From Octopus vulgaris (taxonomy: Eukaryota): 64,000 nucleotides of DNA. Location: NCBI GenBank assembly GCA_951406725.2, contig OX597819.1, positions 100,254,001 through 100,318,000 of the forward strand. The letters are read 5' to 3'. This document shows positions 12,248-25,039 of this stretch, piece after piece. The notes under the pieces are model-generated. The model searched no databases and had not been told where the DNA came from. It saw only the letters and a program-made list of their open reading frames with translations. The stretch's first letter is position 1. Each line of letters starts with the position of its first letter. Made by a program: the position numbers and the translations under genes.

Positions 12248-12919
12248 CATATATATATATATTTCGTTTTGGGATTATATATATATATACGTATATGTAT
12301 ATATACATACATATATAAATAAGTGTGAGTGTGTATTGTATATGTCAATGATGAATATGTATGCATGTATATGCAGATGAAAGTTTGGCAGAAAGCGGGG
12401 CAAAAAAGGGGTGGGGGAAGAGGGGGAAGAAAGAGAAGAGAGCGGCTGGCGCACATTGATCATATTTGGAACGGTGTAGACGTTTTGAATGCTTAGAGAA
12501 TAGCAATGACAATGATGGGGATGATGATGATGACGATGATGATGATGATGATGATGGTAATGGTGACGATGTCTATGATACTGAAATCGGCAATGTTTAT
12601 CGTAGTGATATTTATGATGGTGGAAACTGTGATGGTGATATCGGAGACGATGGTGGTTGCGGAGATGATGGTGGTGGTAGTGGCGGTGGAAGAAGTAATG
12701 ACCTTACTGCTTTTCGTAAGTATTGACAGGTGCGAGTTAATAAGCAAACTGAACAACCAATTCATTATTTTGAGATGAAGTATTTAAAACACAATTTGCT
12801 TTCTTAAACGTTAAAACATAAAACAAATACATTCCAGTTTACCAACGGTAACATTTCATATGTGGATGCGTGAGTGTGTGCGCGCATGCGTGTGTCTTTG
12901 TGTATGAGTGTGTGTATGT

Positions 12920-12966
<47 letters not shown>

Positions 12967-13808
12967 AACACATATGCATATATATGTGTATGTACGTATA
13001 TATGTACGTATGTATGTATGTATATATATATAGATAGATATAGATATAGATATACACACGCCTATGTATATATAATATATATATATACACATATATATTA
13101 AATAATATATAATTTTACATATATATATATATGTATAAATATACGTATATGCATATATGTATATTTATGCATATGTACATATACATGCTCATATATCTAT
13201 TTCTCTCACTCCCTTTCTCTCTCTCTCTCTCGCTTTCTCTATACATATATATATGTATGTGTGTGCATGTGTGTCTGTGTGCGTGTGTGAATGTTTTTGT
13301 GTGCGTGTGGAAGGGCGGATGTATATCTGTGTATAAATATGCACACATACGCACATACGCAAACACACATAGAAGCATGCGTACACGCATATACATGCAT
13401 TGTAATTCTGTTTATCTCTCTATCTTTCTCTATGTGTGAATATGTGTACAGATATTTACCTCTCACTATATCTCTACACTTCTCTATATACGCTTGAGTA
13501 TACAGTCATATAGACACATACACACACACATACACGCACACATACTCACACACCACACACACACACGTATACATACAAACATACAAACAAGCAGATCTCC
13601 CATGATAGAGATTTTGTTTCTTTGTGGGAAACCACCCCCGTCTTATGGTGATTACAAATGAATATGGAGAACATACATACATGTATACGTACGTATATAC
13701 ATGTATACATCCATGCATGAATACATACATACATACATACATGCATACATGCATACATACATACATACATACATATATATATACATACATACATACATAC
13801 ATACATAC

Positions 13809-13839
<31 letters not shown>

Positions 13840-14059
13840 CATACATACATACAAACATAAAAACGTACGTACACGTATTTACGTGTGTACATGCATATAT
13901 TTCGAAACGTGTAAATACATATTCTTACGCATATTTACCCGCATATACGTGTGTATGTTTACGTATGAGGGTGTAAAATGTTCTCAAAGGAACACTGGAG
14001 AGTACATCTGAACTCATCAAAACGAAGAATTATTCATTGAATCTTCTCGAGAAAAAATT

Positions 14060-14240
14060 CTTTCTAATTTAGGCGCAATGCCATCAGTTTTGAGGGGAAT
14101 GGGTTAGTCGATACCATCAACCCCACTACTTGACTTCAACCTTATTTTACCGATCTTGCCAAGCTGAATTGACCTCGGTGTGTTTTGAACTCAGAAAGTA
14201 AAGAACTGAATCAAATCCTGTATATCTACCATATCGCCGC
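14060..14240 (-). mobile_element. Degraded SINE family B copy
   Basis: tagtcgataccatcaacccc...ttattttaccgatc...tgacctcggtgtgttttgaactcagaa aligns by eye with family B. Confidence 0.6.
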
Positions 14241-14958
14241 TTCCGCTGCTCAAACTGTACAAAAATTATTATAATTTACTCAGAATAACGGCGTAGGTTT
14301 TTAGTGTGAAGAAATAAAGCAGAAATAAAAATAATGAATCTTTGAGTGACCATATAAGCAAAATGTTTAACCTTCAGCTAGAAATTGCATTAAGGAATGT
14401 AACCTAATAAATCGAGCACTTGGCTCACCGTCATAAGATCGTAAGTTCGATTAGTGGATTAGGTAGCGTTCTGAACCTTATTTTACGTTGCTCCAAATTA
14501 CACAGCTGCAAATTTGTACATACGTGGGATAGTATAGCTCTCTCGTTTTCTCGGCTGGTTCAAAAACCTGGAGAGCCAAAATTGCATATGGACTACATAG
14601 TAAACTAAAACAATTTTTTAAAGCGTAGCACATCCTAACAGCTGATTGCGAGTGACAGCTGCTTGTACATATACACGTACCTGTATATGTATATATATAG
14701 AATATATGTTGATGTTTTTCTCAAGCCTGTCTAATTCTCTATCTGATATACCACATTGCTTTAGGGGCATGTTTATGATCGATCACCCCTGAAAAGGTGT
14801 CATTAAAACAGTTGGTAATCGATCTTAAAATGTTGAGCTTAAAAATAAGTAGCAACATTATTGCTTATACGGCATGTGTGATAGGTGGACGTAATGGATC
14901 AATACGAACATTTTCGAGAAAATAAGGCATTAAAAAAGAAATATTTGTGTATGAGTAT

Positions 14959-15011
<53 letters not shown>

Positions 15012-15173
15012 AGTGTGTGCGTGTGCGTGTACGTCCGTGTGTGTGTGTTTGTATGTGCGTGAATGTTTACAAATATACACAAAGATATACATATACATTA
15101 ATACATATATATATATATACACACACACATACATATATATATATACATATATATGTGCGTGTGAGTGTGTGTA

Positions 15174-16043
15174 TAAGGTATGATCAATAAGTATCCGGAC
15201 TGTTGTTATAGTAACGAAGCTAAAACATGAAGAGTGAAGCCGCTTGACACAGAATGACCTTGATCTCTGCTGTGCATTACATTTTAACGTTCTAGCTCAC
15301 TTCCGCTGTCTACAGTAGTGCTTAGAATTAACGCATGTAACGTGCGATCGTCGCATTGGCCACGAGAGAGAAAGTTGTCATGTCGATATATGCTCAGAGG
15401 CCTATGCAAAGTTGCAGAAAGCGTATGGGAAGAAGTGTATGAGCCACACACAAGTGTACGAGGGGTTCAGAACTTTGTAAGATGGCCGAAAAATCTTGAT
15501 TTTGACGAACGTTCTAGGAGATCCGCAACCAGAACTGAGAAAGCATCGCAGACGTGCGTGCAGCTGTGACGAGAAATCGTTGGATCACCATCCGTGAGTT
15601 ATCAAAGGATGTGAAGATTAGTTACGGTTCACTTCAGTCCTTTATCTCTGAAGATTTGGATATGAGACGCATGTTTGCTAAGTTTGAGCCAAAACTGCTT
15701 TCAACTGACCAAAAAGACATTCGGATTTCAGTTGCACAAGATCTTGATTGTGTCGAGAATGATGTAAACTTTTTGAAAACTTTCTTTAGACCTCCGAGTA
15801 GCTACCGCCAATCTTTTGGCAAAAGTTGATGTAGATCCTCAACTCAACATTCTTTGTCATGCTCAATGTGATGATAACACGCTACACATCTTCCTTCCTG
15901 ACATTACTGTAACGAGCGGACGTGAGCTAGAACAGCGCATATGACAGCGGTGTTTATGGTCAATATGTACCCACTGGCTTTATTCTACCTGCTTTAGCTT
16001 CGTTGCTATGACAACAGTCCGGATAATTATTGATCAGACTACG
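15174..16043 (+). mobile_element. Internally deleted mariner element with transposase N-terminal (HTH) remnant
   Basis: ~50-bp TIRs (tgatcaataagtatccggactgttgttatagtaacgaagctaaa versus the reverse complement at 15993-16043), flanked by TA. Translation YAKLQKAYGKKCMSHTQVYE...DERSRRSAT...RWITIRELSKDVKISYGSLQSFISEDLDMRRMFAKFEPKLLS (WVP-like linker). The catalytic domain is absent. Confidence 0.92.
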
Positions 16044-16259
16044 TATATATATATATCAATGAAAATCAATTTAGGCAGATCAATTCACATATAATAATAT
16101 ATATATTCAACCATAGACCCAAAATGCATGAATGTTTTAAAATATATTTAATACATGAAACATATTAAACATATATAGATATATAAATATAATAAAAGTA
16201 TATAAAATTTATCAGCACATTAAAAATATATAAATACATTAATGTATAAATACATTAAG

Positions 16260-16412
16260 AATACATTATTTACATTATTTACATTTGACGGATATTGGTC
16301 CTCATCTTGTTTGTTGTTAATACAACGTTTCGACTGATATACCCTCCAGCCTTCATCGGGTGTTTTGAAGAAATTTCGAACCCGGGTTCTCATTCCTAAG
16401 GTATTTTCGATG

Positions 16413-16495
<83 letters not shown>

Positions 16496-16547
16496 TTTAT
16501 TATTCAGGTCATGCCTGGAATCGACATCGGAATCTTGAGGTAAGTAG
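16260..16547 (-). mobile_element. SINE-like element: truncated tRNA-like head, (AAT)n, hammerhead-like core, (GTAAATAAT)n tail
   Basis: Minus strand reads ...ccgatgtcgattccaggc (B-box-like), (AAT)n, acacCCGATGAaggctggagggtatatcagtcGAAAcgttgtat, then the tail gtaaataatgtaaataatgta. The head is cut by the LTR at 16548. Confidence 0.65.
16318..16365 (-). ncRNA. Decayed minimal type I hammerhead ribozyme motif (PLE-type)
   Basis: Core CCGATGA (one mismatch to CUGAUGA), stem II ggctg/cagtc, GAAA, palindromic stem III aacgtt, stem I acac/gtat. Confidence 0.55.
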
Positions 16548-17079
16548 TTATGCAAATTGTGCTATGATATCAGTGATTTCCCTTGACATAAAGAGGATGC
16601 GCATTTTGAATAACAAGCGTTTAATCGAAACACTGTGACCTTTTGCTGCAGTGAGTACTGCGCAGTACCGGTCTGAAATTATTCGAGAGGCATAAATAAA
16701 TGGACACATTTCAAACACTCTACTGTTTTGGAATATGACTGGAAATTAGCTTCTTTCGGCCAGGAATTACTGGTCATTAATAACAATCAAAGAAACTAAT
16801 TTCCAAATTTGGAAGAAGATGTTGAATAATTTATAGAGAACGAAATTAATGAAAAGATGAGTACGAATTGGGAAGGATACCAGATATGGAAAGAAACTTG
16901 AAACTGGACAGATTGAATGCCGAGCCAAAATCTACAAATGCTGACAAGAATTTTAATCATTAGTTTAGACTTTTCATCAGGACATGAAGGTAATAATATC
17001 GATAAACTCAATCTGTTGATTAATCATGTGAAACCGAAAGTATGCGAATTCATCAGTGAAGTTAAGAACTATGAACAAA

Positions 17080-17510
17080 TTCTTTTCTACACTAGGCACA
17101 AGGCCCGAAATTTTTGGGGAGGTGGCCAGTCGAATAGATCGACCCCAGTATGCAAATGGTACTTAATTTATCGACCTCGAAAAGATGTAAGGCAAAGTCG
17201 ACCTCAGTAGAATTTGGACTCAGAATATAAAGACAGACGAAACACCGCTAAGCATTTCGCCCAGCGTGCTAACGCTTCTTATATCTTTACTGCCCACAAG
17301 GGGCTAAACACTGAAGGGACAAACAACGACAGACAAAAGGATTAAGTCGATTACATCGACCCCAGTGCATAACTGGTACTTAATTTATCGACCCCGAAAG
17401 GATGAAAGGCAAAGTAGACCTCGGCGGAATTTGAACTTAGAACGTAGCGGCAGACGAAATACCGCTAAGCATTTCGCCCGGCATGCTAATTTTTCTGCCA
17501 ACTCGCCACC
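17080..17510 (-). mobile_element. Two SINE family B copies inserted in tandem in the Gypsy gag
   Basis: 17080-17280 and 17281-17510 both contain gcaaagt.gacctc.g.gaattt.gac...gacgaaa.accgctaagcatttcgccc. Gag similarity resumes at ~17511. Confidence 0.9.
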
Positions 17511-18455
17511 TTAAAGAGTGTGCATATTAAACTAAAGACAGAAACTGGGAGAATCTCTAGATTAGTTCTTAAACGAACGCAAAACGCTAGCGAAACACTG
17601 TGACTTTCTTACAGTGAGTACTGAGCAGCACCGGTCTGAAATGATTCGAGAGGCGTATATAAATGGTCTCATTTCAAATTAGATAAGACAAACTATTAGA
17701 AAGCAAAATTATCGACCTCAGTACGGCTTATGATCAAGCACGTTCGCTCGATGTGGTGCAACAGCGTTCCAGTGTCTTTTCAAAATCTGAGTGTGTCAAC
17801 TTCAGTCCCACAGTGCCCATCGTAGGCAAGCCAATTGATTCCCCAAAGCCGGAAGAACACTTTGCTGCGATGCCAAAAGGAAAAGCGTTTCAACGTTGGT
17901 TTTGTGATAATTTCAGAAAGCCGCGGTGTCGTTGTCCTGCGCAGGAAGCATTGTGTCACAAATGCAAAAAGATAGGACATTTTGGAAAGCTTTGTAAGAA
18001 CAACGCAGCAACCGTTTGGCAGTATCAGCATCAGTATTCCGTGAAGCATCCATTGTTACACTGAACAATACTTACAAAGCCGAAGCATTAATTGATAGCG
18101 TAGCACTGACAAATCGATGAACATCATTGGCATGGCTTCTGCATCTCTTTTTGCGGAATCAAAGGGAAACTGTATTATTTCACTAACCCTGTATAATCAG
18201 ATGTACTATAATGTGAAACTGTACATTCTAACAAACTTGACTAATTCACTGACCTAATGCAGGTTACTGACTTCCAAGAGCAGCATGAGAGTATAACCAT
18301 ACAATACGGAGGACAGAAACCACCATTAATGTTTACTGCGCTAACAGCTATGAAAGCTGATCCTCCAATGCTATTCGCATATCTCAGGAAGGACTGTGAG
18401 CCTATTGGCAGCCAAACACGAAAATACTCGGAACGTGATCGTGAGTGAGGATGAA

Positions 18456-18527
18456 TGTTATGCAAATTGTGCTATGATTTCAGTGATTTTTCCTTGACAA
18501 AAAGGGGATGCGCATTTGATGATCAGG

Positions 18528-18561
<34 letters not shown>

Positions 18562-18568
18562 GAGAGTT

Positions 18569-18603
<35 letters not shown>

Positions 18604-18923
18604 GAGAGGCCATTTTGAATAACATAGCTTTAATCGATAATATCGTGAATAGCCCTATATGAAACTTAACTCTTTTGGACTATGATTGGAAATTAGATTC
18701 TTTGAGCTGGGAATTAGAAGTAGCTCGAGGTATACAAACAACGCATACACAACGCATGTGTGTTGTTAGCTCGTGAGTCAGCTCCGCTTTAGGCGAAAGA
18801 GAATATTTCCTCAGTGCGCCTAGTGTTAAGAATACCAGAGAGTATGTCATAGGCAAGTGAGAAATTTGATGTCAGGTCCGTACTCGGAGCGACAGACAAC
18901 GACGAAAAGTCACAACAATAACA
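18456..18923 (+). repeat. 3' LTR of the Gypsy relic
   Basis: Starts TGTTAT and ends ATAACA (inverted termini). Preceded by gagtgaggatgaa (PPT-like). Contains a (GA)n expansion. Confidence 0.75.
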
Positions 18924-19276
18924 TAACTGTGTATGTGTATACGTTTACATATTAAAATGCTGACATAATGCATATATGAGTAGTAAGAATGAGGTTATAT
19001 ATATATTATACATGCAAACAAGCATATATATATATTTATATATATATATATATTATGCATGCATACATACAAGCACACACATGCGCACGCGTGTATAAAG
19101 CACTTAGATGATCGAAGCTCTTGGATACCGAGTAACCTTGTAAATCCTGCCAATTCCAAGAAAAAAAAAATGTATACTCATATTTTTAGCTCTAAATGTC
19201 TTGTTTGTTTAACGAAACCCATATATCTGTGAGTGCGTGTGTGCGCGTGTATATGTGTGTGTGAATGTATGTAATA

Positions 19277-19323
<47 letters not shown>

Positions 19324-19404
19324 GCATACTTACATAGATATAGAGACACATATACGCACACACATATAGACATTCGTATATACATTAATAATAATAATAT
19401 GTCA

Positions 19405-19610
19405 ACAAAAGAATGAATGAGACCTTGATATTATGTAACATAGAGGAATTTATCTATAATATAATATGTGACAATTAGTCGGTTGCCATAATATAACTCA
19501 GAGTTTCGGATACTGGGGCTGAAGTCTGCCCCGGCGTCTCATCAGTTATTAAGACGAAACGCTACGAAAAAAACCGTTGAATAAAGGGAAATTACTCCAA
19601 TAGTAAAAAT
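19405..19610 (-). mobile_element. Hammerhead-bearing repeat (family H2), copy 1
   Basis: Minus strand: taataaCTGATGAgacgccggggc-agacttca-gccccagtatccGAAActctgagTT, followed by attatggcaaccgactaattgtcacatattatatta. Homologous to 19810-19875 and 28230-28380. Confidence 0.7.
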
Positions 19611-19809
19611 TAATAATTCATTCATAGAATCCGCATATGCAAACATACATACACACACATACGTGTACGCATTTACACGCACACACACATGTACGTATAC
19701 ATAACTATATACATACTCACATGCGTGTACACATACATACAAACACACAATTATAAAGGGTGAAAAATAATATAAGAAAAAAATAATGTATTAAAATATA
19801 TATAAATCT

Positions 19810-19875
19810 TCAGTCCAGTCGGTATCCGAAACTTTGAGCTTTATTATAACAACCAACTAATTGTCACATATTATA
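19810..19875 (+). mobile_element. Family H2 partial copy, inverted relative to copy 1
   Basis: ggtatccgaaactttgagctttattataacaaccaactaattgtcacatattata matches the 3' half of the H2 motif. Confidence 0.65.
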
Positions 19876-20013
19876 TATATATATATATATACATAAATAC
19901 ATACATATATATATATATACATAAATACATACATATATATATATATACATAAATACATACATATATATATATATACATAAATACATACATATATATATAT
20001 GTATGTATTTATG

Positions 20014-20047
<34 letters not shown>

Positions 20048-20178
20048 CATACATATATATATATATATACATACATATATATATACATACATACATATAT
20101 ATATGTATATATATAGATATAGATATATACATGCATACATATATATATATATATATATATACATACATACATATATAT

Positions 20179-20221
<43 letters not shown>

Positions 20222-20348
20222 CATACACACATACATATGTATATTTATTTAAGCATACATATATATATGTATACACATATGTGTATATATCAATTAATTT
20301 CTCTTGTTCTCATTCTCCTTCTCCTCTCTCTCTTTCTCTCTCTCTCTA

Positions 20349-20408
<60 letters not shown>

Positions 20409-21240
20409 CATGCATATACACTCCCATTACAATACACGTCTACTCATATAATCACACGCACACACGATCATGTTTACACATTCACACACGCAATACACAC
20501 ACTTACGTATATATGAAATCTTAATGAAAGAACAAACGAAATCCTAATTGAAAATAAACAGAAATTTTGGTGGTGTTTTCCTACATTCGACTTTCAAAAC
20601 TTTGAAGTAGATGGAACTTCAACGGTTGGTCCGCTTCTAGGTAAATAAAAATATTATTTACACACCTGCGTACACACACATACACACACACAAAGATATT
20701 TTTACGACTACAGACACACATACACTAATTAAAATTTCATACGCATATACACGACCACCTCCAGATATTAAACCTTAAATGTGCAGACATATACACGCAG
20801 AATGTGATTGTGAGCTATTAAGTGAAATACTTCAATTCGTGATACCTTGGTGTAGATGGAGCCACATTAATCGGTCTCTACTCCAACGGATCTGAGTTCT
20901 AATTTCAATGATGTCTTATATGTACGGCCTTTGCAATGGAAAGCTTGCCCTATTTTATCAGTTAACTAATAGAATTTTAAAAACATATTTCCATTAGGCA
21001 TCACCGAATTTGTTTTTCGGACTTGACTTTTGCTTAAAGTCTCCTTCGTATACATAGGCTGACATTATTAAAGGTGTCCTTCTCTTTTTAAAGATGACGG
21101 CATGTGATTTGTGGGAAGACTCACTGCTATTGTTTTATTGATTTAATAATGAATTCAAAATTGCTCAAGTTATTATTTGTATAAAATTATATACTTCTAA
21201 AACCCCCACGAGCATTTATGCACACATACACACACACACA

Positions 21241-21314
<74 letters not shown>

Positions 21315-21320
21315 TGAGTG

Positions 21321-22582
21321 CAGGGTGCGTAAGGTATTTGAAGATATACCGTTATTGCTCACTGTGTATAATCTTTGTTTCAGAAAATAATAATGGCAAA
21401 CCCTCAGGTTACTCAAGAAATGAAGAAGCATGCTGTTATTGTTGTTATTTCTAAAGGCTGAGCACTATGTTCAGCCTTTAGAAATATCTCCAGTTTTAAA
21501 ATTTGCCAGATCTTTCGTCTACAAAGTTTGTAAGGAGCTGGAAACTGAAGATCACCAGTATCAAAGCATATAAAGCATTCTAAACGCTCTGAAATCATAA
21601 GAACATATGAATTTTTCCAGCAAGTTCAACAGACCATTGATTACAATTCCAGAAAGTCCATGAGGTCAATTGCAAAAGATCTCCATGTGTCAGAAAGAAG
21701 AAAGAGACAGAATTTGTTTCCCACGAAGTTATCAGATATGTCTTATATGACGAGGAAAGGTCAATTCGTTCGAAAAAGCAAACGAAAATCACTACATCAG
21801 ATATAAAAGGCTCTTAAACAAATTGGAAAATCCATTAGAAGAAGATCTGATTTGGTTTATCTCAAACGAGAAAGATTTCGACCAAGATCAAAAAGTTAAC
21901 AGAAGATATGACATGGAATGGTTATGTGCAGACCTTTCTGGAGTTCCGAGTGTTATGCATACAAAATTTCCTGCAATTGTCAAAGTTTTAGGGGTTGTCA
22001 GCAATGAAGGACATACGATGCCGCTTTACTCCTTTCCACAAGGCCCTAGAGTTAACTCTGCTGCCTACATTGAGGTCCTAGAAATAATTGTTAAGAGCTA
22101 GATAGACAGTGTATGCAATGGAAGGCCATATGTGTGTCAGCAAGGCTCTGCACTATCACACATGGCTCTAGTAACACAGGAATGAATGGATGAAAATTTT
22201 CCTGATCACATAACCCCTAATATTTGGCCTCCTAATTCCACTGATCTCAAACTATTGGAGCATATTACATGTGGAGCTTTGTTGAGAGAGAGCGAGGACG
22301 ATGAACACGCCCATAACGCCAAAGATTCTATGAAAGCTGTCATAGTCAGAGTAATGTCCAGAATGAACCAGGACCACTTGATTCGAGCATGTAGATGACT
22401 AAGATCTAATATAGAAGCAGTTGTTGAAGTTGAAGGTGGCGTTATTAAGTAACGTTATAGAAAACAAGGTTTATTCTTATCCTCATGGCAATTTTTTAAT
22501 AAATAAAGTTATTATCTGTGATTAAATATATGTTTTGTTTTATATAAACAGAAATCTATCCTCAAATATCTTACGTACACTG
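21321..22582 (+). mobile_element. Near full-length degraded DD37D (maT-family) Tc1/mariner transposon
   Basis: Left TIR cagggtgcgtaaggtatttgaag; right end reverse complement cagtgtacgtaagatatttgagg. Transposase pseudogene WFISNEKDF...VLGVVSNEG...YVCQQ(G)SALSH...WPPNSTDLKLL(E), with 37 residues between the second and third catalytic positions. Confidence 0.88.
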
Positions 22583-23303
22583 TATATATATTATTTTATT
22601 CTTTTACTTCTTGCAGTCATTTATGTGTATGTATGTATTTAGGTATGTATGCATGCATGTATGTATGTATATATGTATATATGTAAGTGTGTGTGTGTAT
22701 GTGTGTGCGTGCCTGTATTTGTTCTTGTGTGTATAATTTATCAAACGCAAAATCTCACTTTGGTTGCTTTTGGACTTACATTTGTTTCTTGGTGGCCATC
22801 ATTATCACTATTGTATAAATCAAGTAAGCGATACATTTTCAAAGCGAATATCTCTTGAAGTTTGAAGCCAATGTTTTCCATTGTTTTCTAGAATTCTCAG
22901 GTGAATCGCAAGTTGGTGAAATCACTTGTGCGTCAGATAACATGTCTATTGATATTAGTTTCCACATCCGCATTCAGAGTTTAACCTCTGGAGCAGTATC
23001 ATTTCAGTACTGTCGGTAATATTTCTGCCTATATCTTCTTCCTGAAAGAACTGGCTGTGTTTGCATCTGAAGAAGAATGGGCCCCTTATAAGTTTATGCT
23101 GCCCAAGTTATGACAGTTATCACGGTGTTGCACAATGATTCCAGGAGCATTTGAGTACCAAAGGAAGAAATGTGACATTGATAATCAATACATTCTCTAA
23201 TAATTCCTTACAATTTTACATATACGTCATTTGGGTAAAATAACGGGTAACATCTAATGATTAAAAGTAATGCATTTGTGTGATTTCGCCAATATATCTA
23301 TGT

Positions 23304-23625
23304 GAAGGTGCGTGGCTTAGTGGTTAGGGTAATCGGCTCACGATCGTAAAAATATTGTGTTCGATTCCCTGCGGAGCATTGTGTCCTTGAGCAAGACATT
23401 TTATTTCAAGTTGTTCCAGTCTACTGAACTGGCGTAAATTAGTTGTGCCTGTAAATCAAAGAGCTGGCCTTGTCAAATTCTGTGTCACGCGAAATCTCCC
23501 TGAGAATTCCGTTAAGGGTACGCACGTCTGTGGAGTGCTCCGTCACTTGAATGTTATTTTCTCGTGCAGGTTGTTCCGTTGATCGGATCAACTAGAACCA
23601 TCGTCGTCGTAAGTGACTCAGTGAA
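23304..23625 (+). mobile_element. tRNA-derived SINE with a family A-like head and core and a third tail type
   Basis: ggtgcgtggcttagtggttagg...gttcgattccc...gtgtccttgagcaagacattttatttcaagttgttccagtc. Its tail ...gcaggttgttccgttgatcggatcaactagaacc also appears at ~32925-32990. Confidence 0.8.
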
Positions 23626-24674
23626 ATATATTTAGCACCTATTTCATCGAATGCTAGAGGACATATACCAAATATGTCATTTTCGTTTTTTTTCTTACTC
23701 GCTATCATACCAATATGAATCGTTTCATAAGGATACTGACGTAGTAGAATATGTGACTATATGACAAATTATATATTACTTTGTATGCTCACTGAATCCC
23801 CATCATCCACCGATGTCATTGTTTACTTCAGTATATATGTCCTCCTGTAAACAGCGTCCAGCACATGATAAATTAAATAAATAATTGTCAGACAGTACAC
23901 TCCTTTCTTTCTCTCTCTATGTTTTTAAAACCAAAATACCGAAATTTGTTCCACATATACGAAGAAACAATGACTGAGAGGTTAAACGCCAAATTTCTTT
24001 TGTTATATATTTCCATCAATATGGTTGATTTCCCTTCCCTTTTCAGTCGGCAGAAAACTTCAGGTTCATTTGCCAATTTCTATTGATTATAATTACAAAC
24101 TTGGCTAACAAACCTTGTAAGTTAAAGATATATTTCGAGTTATTTTTACTCTGAAGTTAGAAAACTTCCAATTTCGCTATTGATATAAATTGGAATTATT
24201 GTCAAAATATAAAATGATATTGAAAATGTCCACTTTATTAACACTGTAATAATTATTGTGATTAGTTGAAGCGAGAGATATTTTAGGAAACAGAAGTGTG
24301 ATGTGCTTTACAAGTCTACAAATCTAAAGTATAGACATATTTAAAATAGGAAACGATTTTCACAAAATGTTATGTCGTGTTATGTCGTAAGGTAGAAAAG
24401 GCTTTTTGAAGTTCATATATTTTTTAGGTGTTTCACTAACATTACAAAAATAAAACAGAGAAGTGGAAGAATTATAGAAAAGACGCACAAACCAGCACAA
24501 CCATACTTGTACAGCGATAGGTACACTCTCTGGCAGACCTATATACATATAAAAGCTTATACATAAATACACACACCTGTACAAGGGCCCACAAAATAAG
24601 TAGGTATATATAGAGATATGTTGAAATATACACACGTATATACATTTAGACGCATGTATGTTACTATACAAATA

Positions 24675-24717
<43 letters not shown>

Positions 24718-24718
<1 letters not shown>

Positions 24719-25020
24719 CTTGACCGACCAGGGAGTCAGGTGTCATTTCGATATCGCTGGTTATAGCATGCCGCCCATTCCGCTCTGCATCGTGCCTTCT
24801 TAATCCAGGTAGCTTCAAACGCTTGTAGTATTTTGTCAACCCACCGTTTTGAAAGCCTTCCGACTGTCCTATTCCGCTCACATGGGTACTACTCGATAAC
24901 AGTCGGTGAACCAAATTACGTGTCCAGCCATCTGAACTTCTGATTCTGGTATTCTGTGATGATGTCTCCCACGCCAGATTTCATGCGCACCTAGTTTTAA
25001 CGTTCTAGGAGACCCCGCAA
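24718..25020 (-). mobile_element. RTE-clade LINE 3' fragment
   Basis: The minus translation VRMKSGVGDIITEYQNQKFRW...YPCERNRTVGRLSKRWVD...TWIKKARCRAEW resembles the RTE C-terminal RWAGH..R..GRP..RW.D..W...A..R..W pattern. Confidence 0.7.
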
Positions 25021-25039
25021 CCAGCAGAACTAGTTACAA

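Larger units (their letters stand above)
16548..18923 (+). mobile_element. Deleted Ty3/Gypsy LTR retrotransposon (LTR-gag-protease-PPT-LTR; RT, RNase H and integrase missing)
   Basis: Direct repeats begin ttatgcaaattgtgctatga at ~16548 and 18458. Gag from ATG 16886: MERNLKLDRLNAEP...LAKHCDFLTVSTEQHRSEMIREAYINGL...AYDQARSLD...CPAQEALCHKCKKIGHFGKLC (CCHC). Protease ALIDS near 18086, then ...DFQEQHESITIQYGG...PIGSQTRKYS. A purine tract precedes the 3' LTR. Confidence 0.85.

Noticed and set aside
12466-12778. D/G-rich and M/V-rich ORFs; likewise poly-S/G ORFs at 47992-48456 and 62217-62744, and H/P-rich ORFs at 40150-40782
   Set aside because: They arise from (GAT)n, (AGT)n and (GGT)n triplet tracts. 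The non-repetitive part of 47992-48456 is a LINE fragment.
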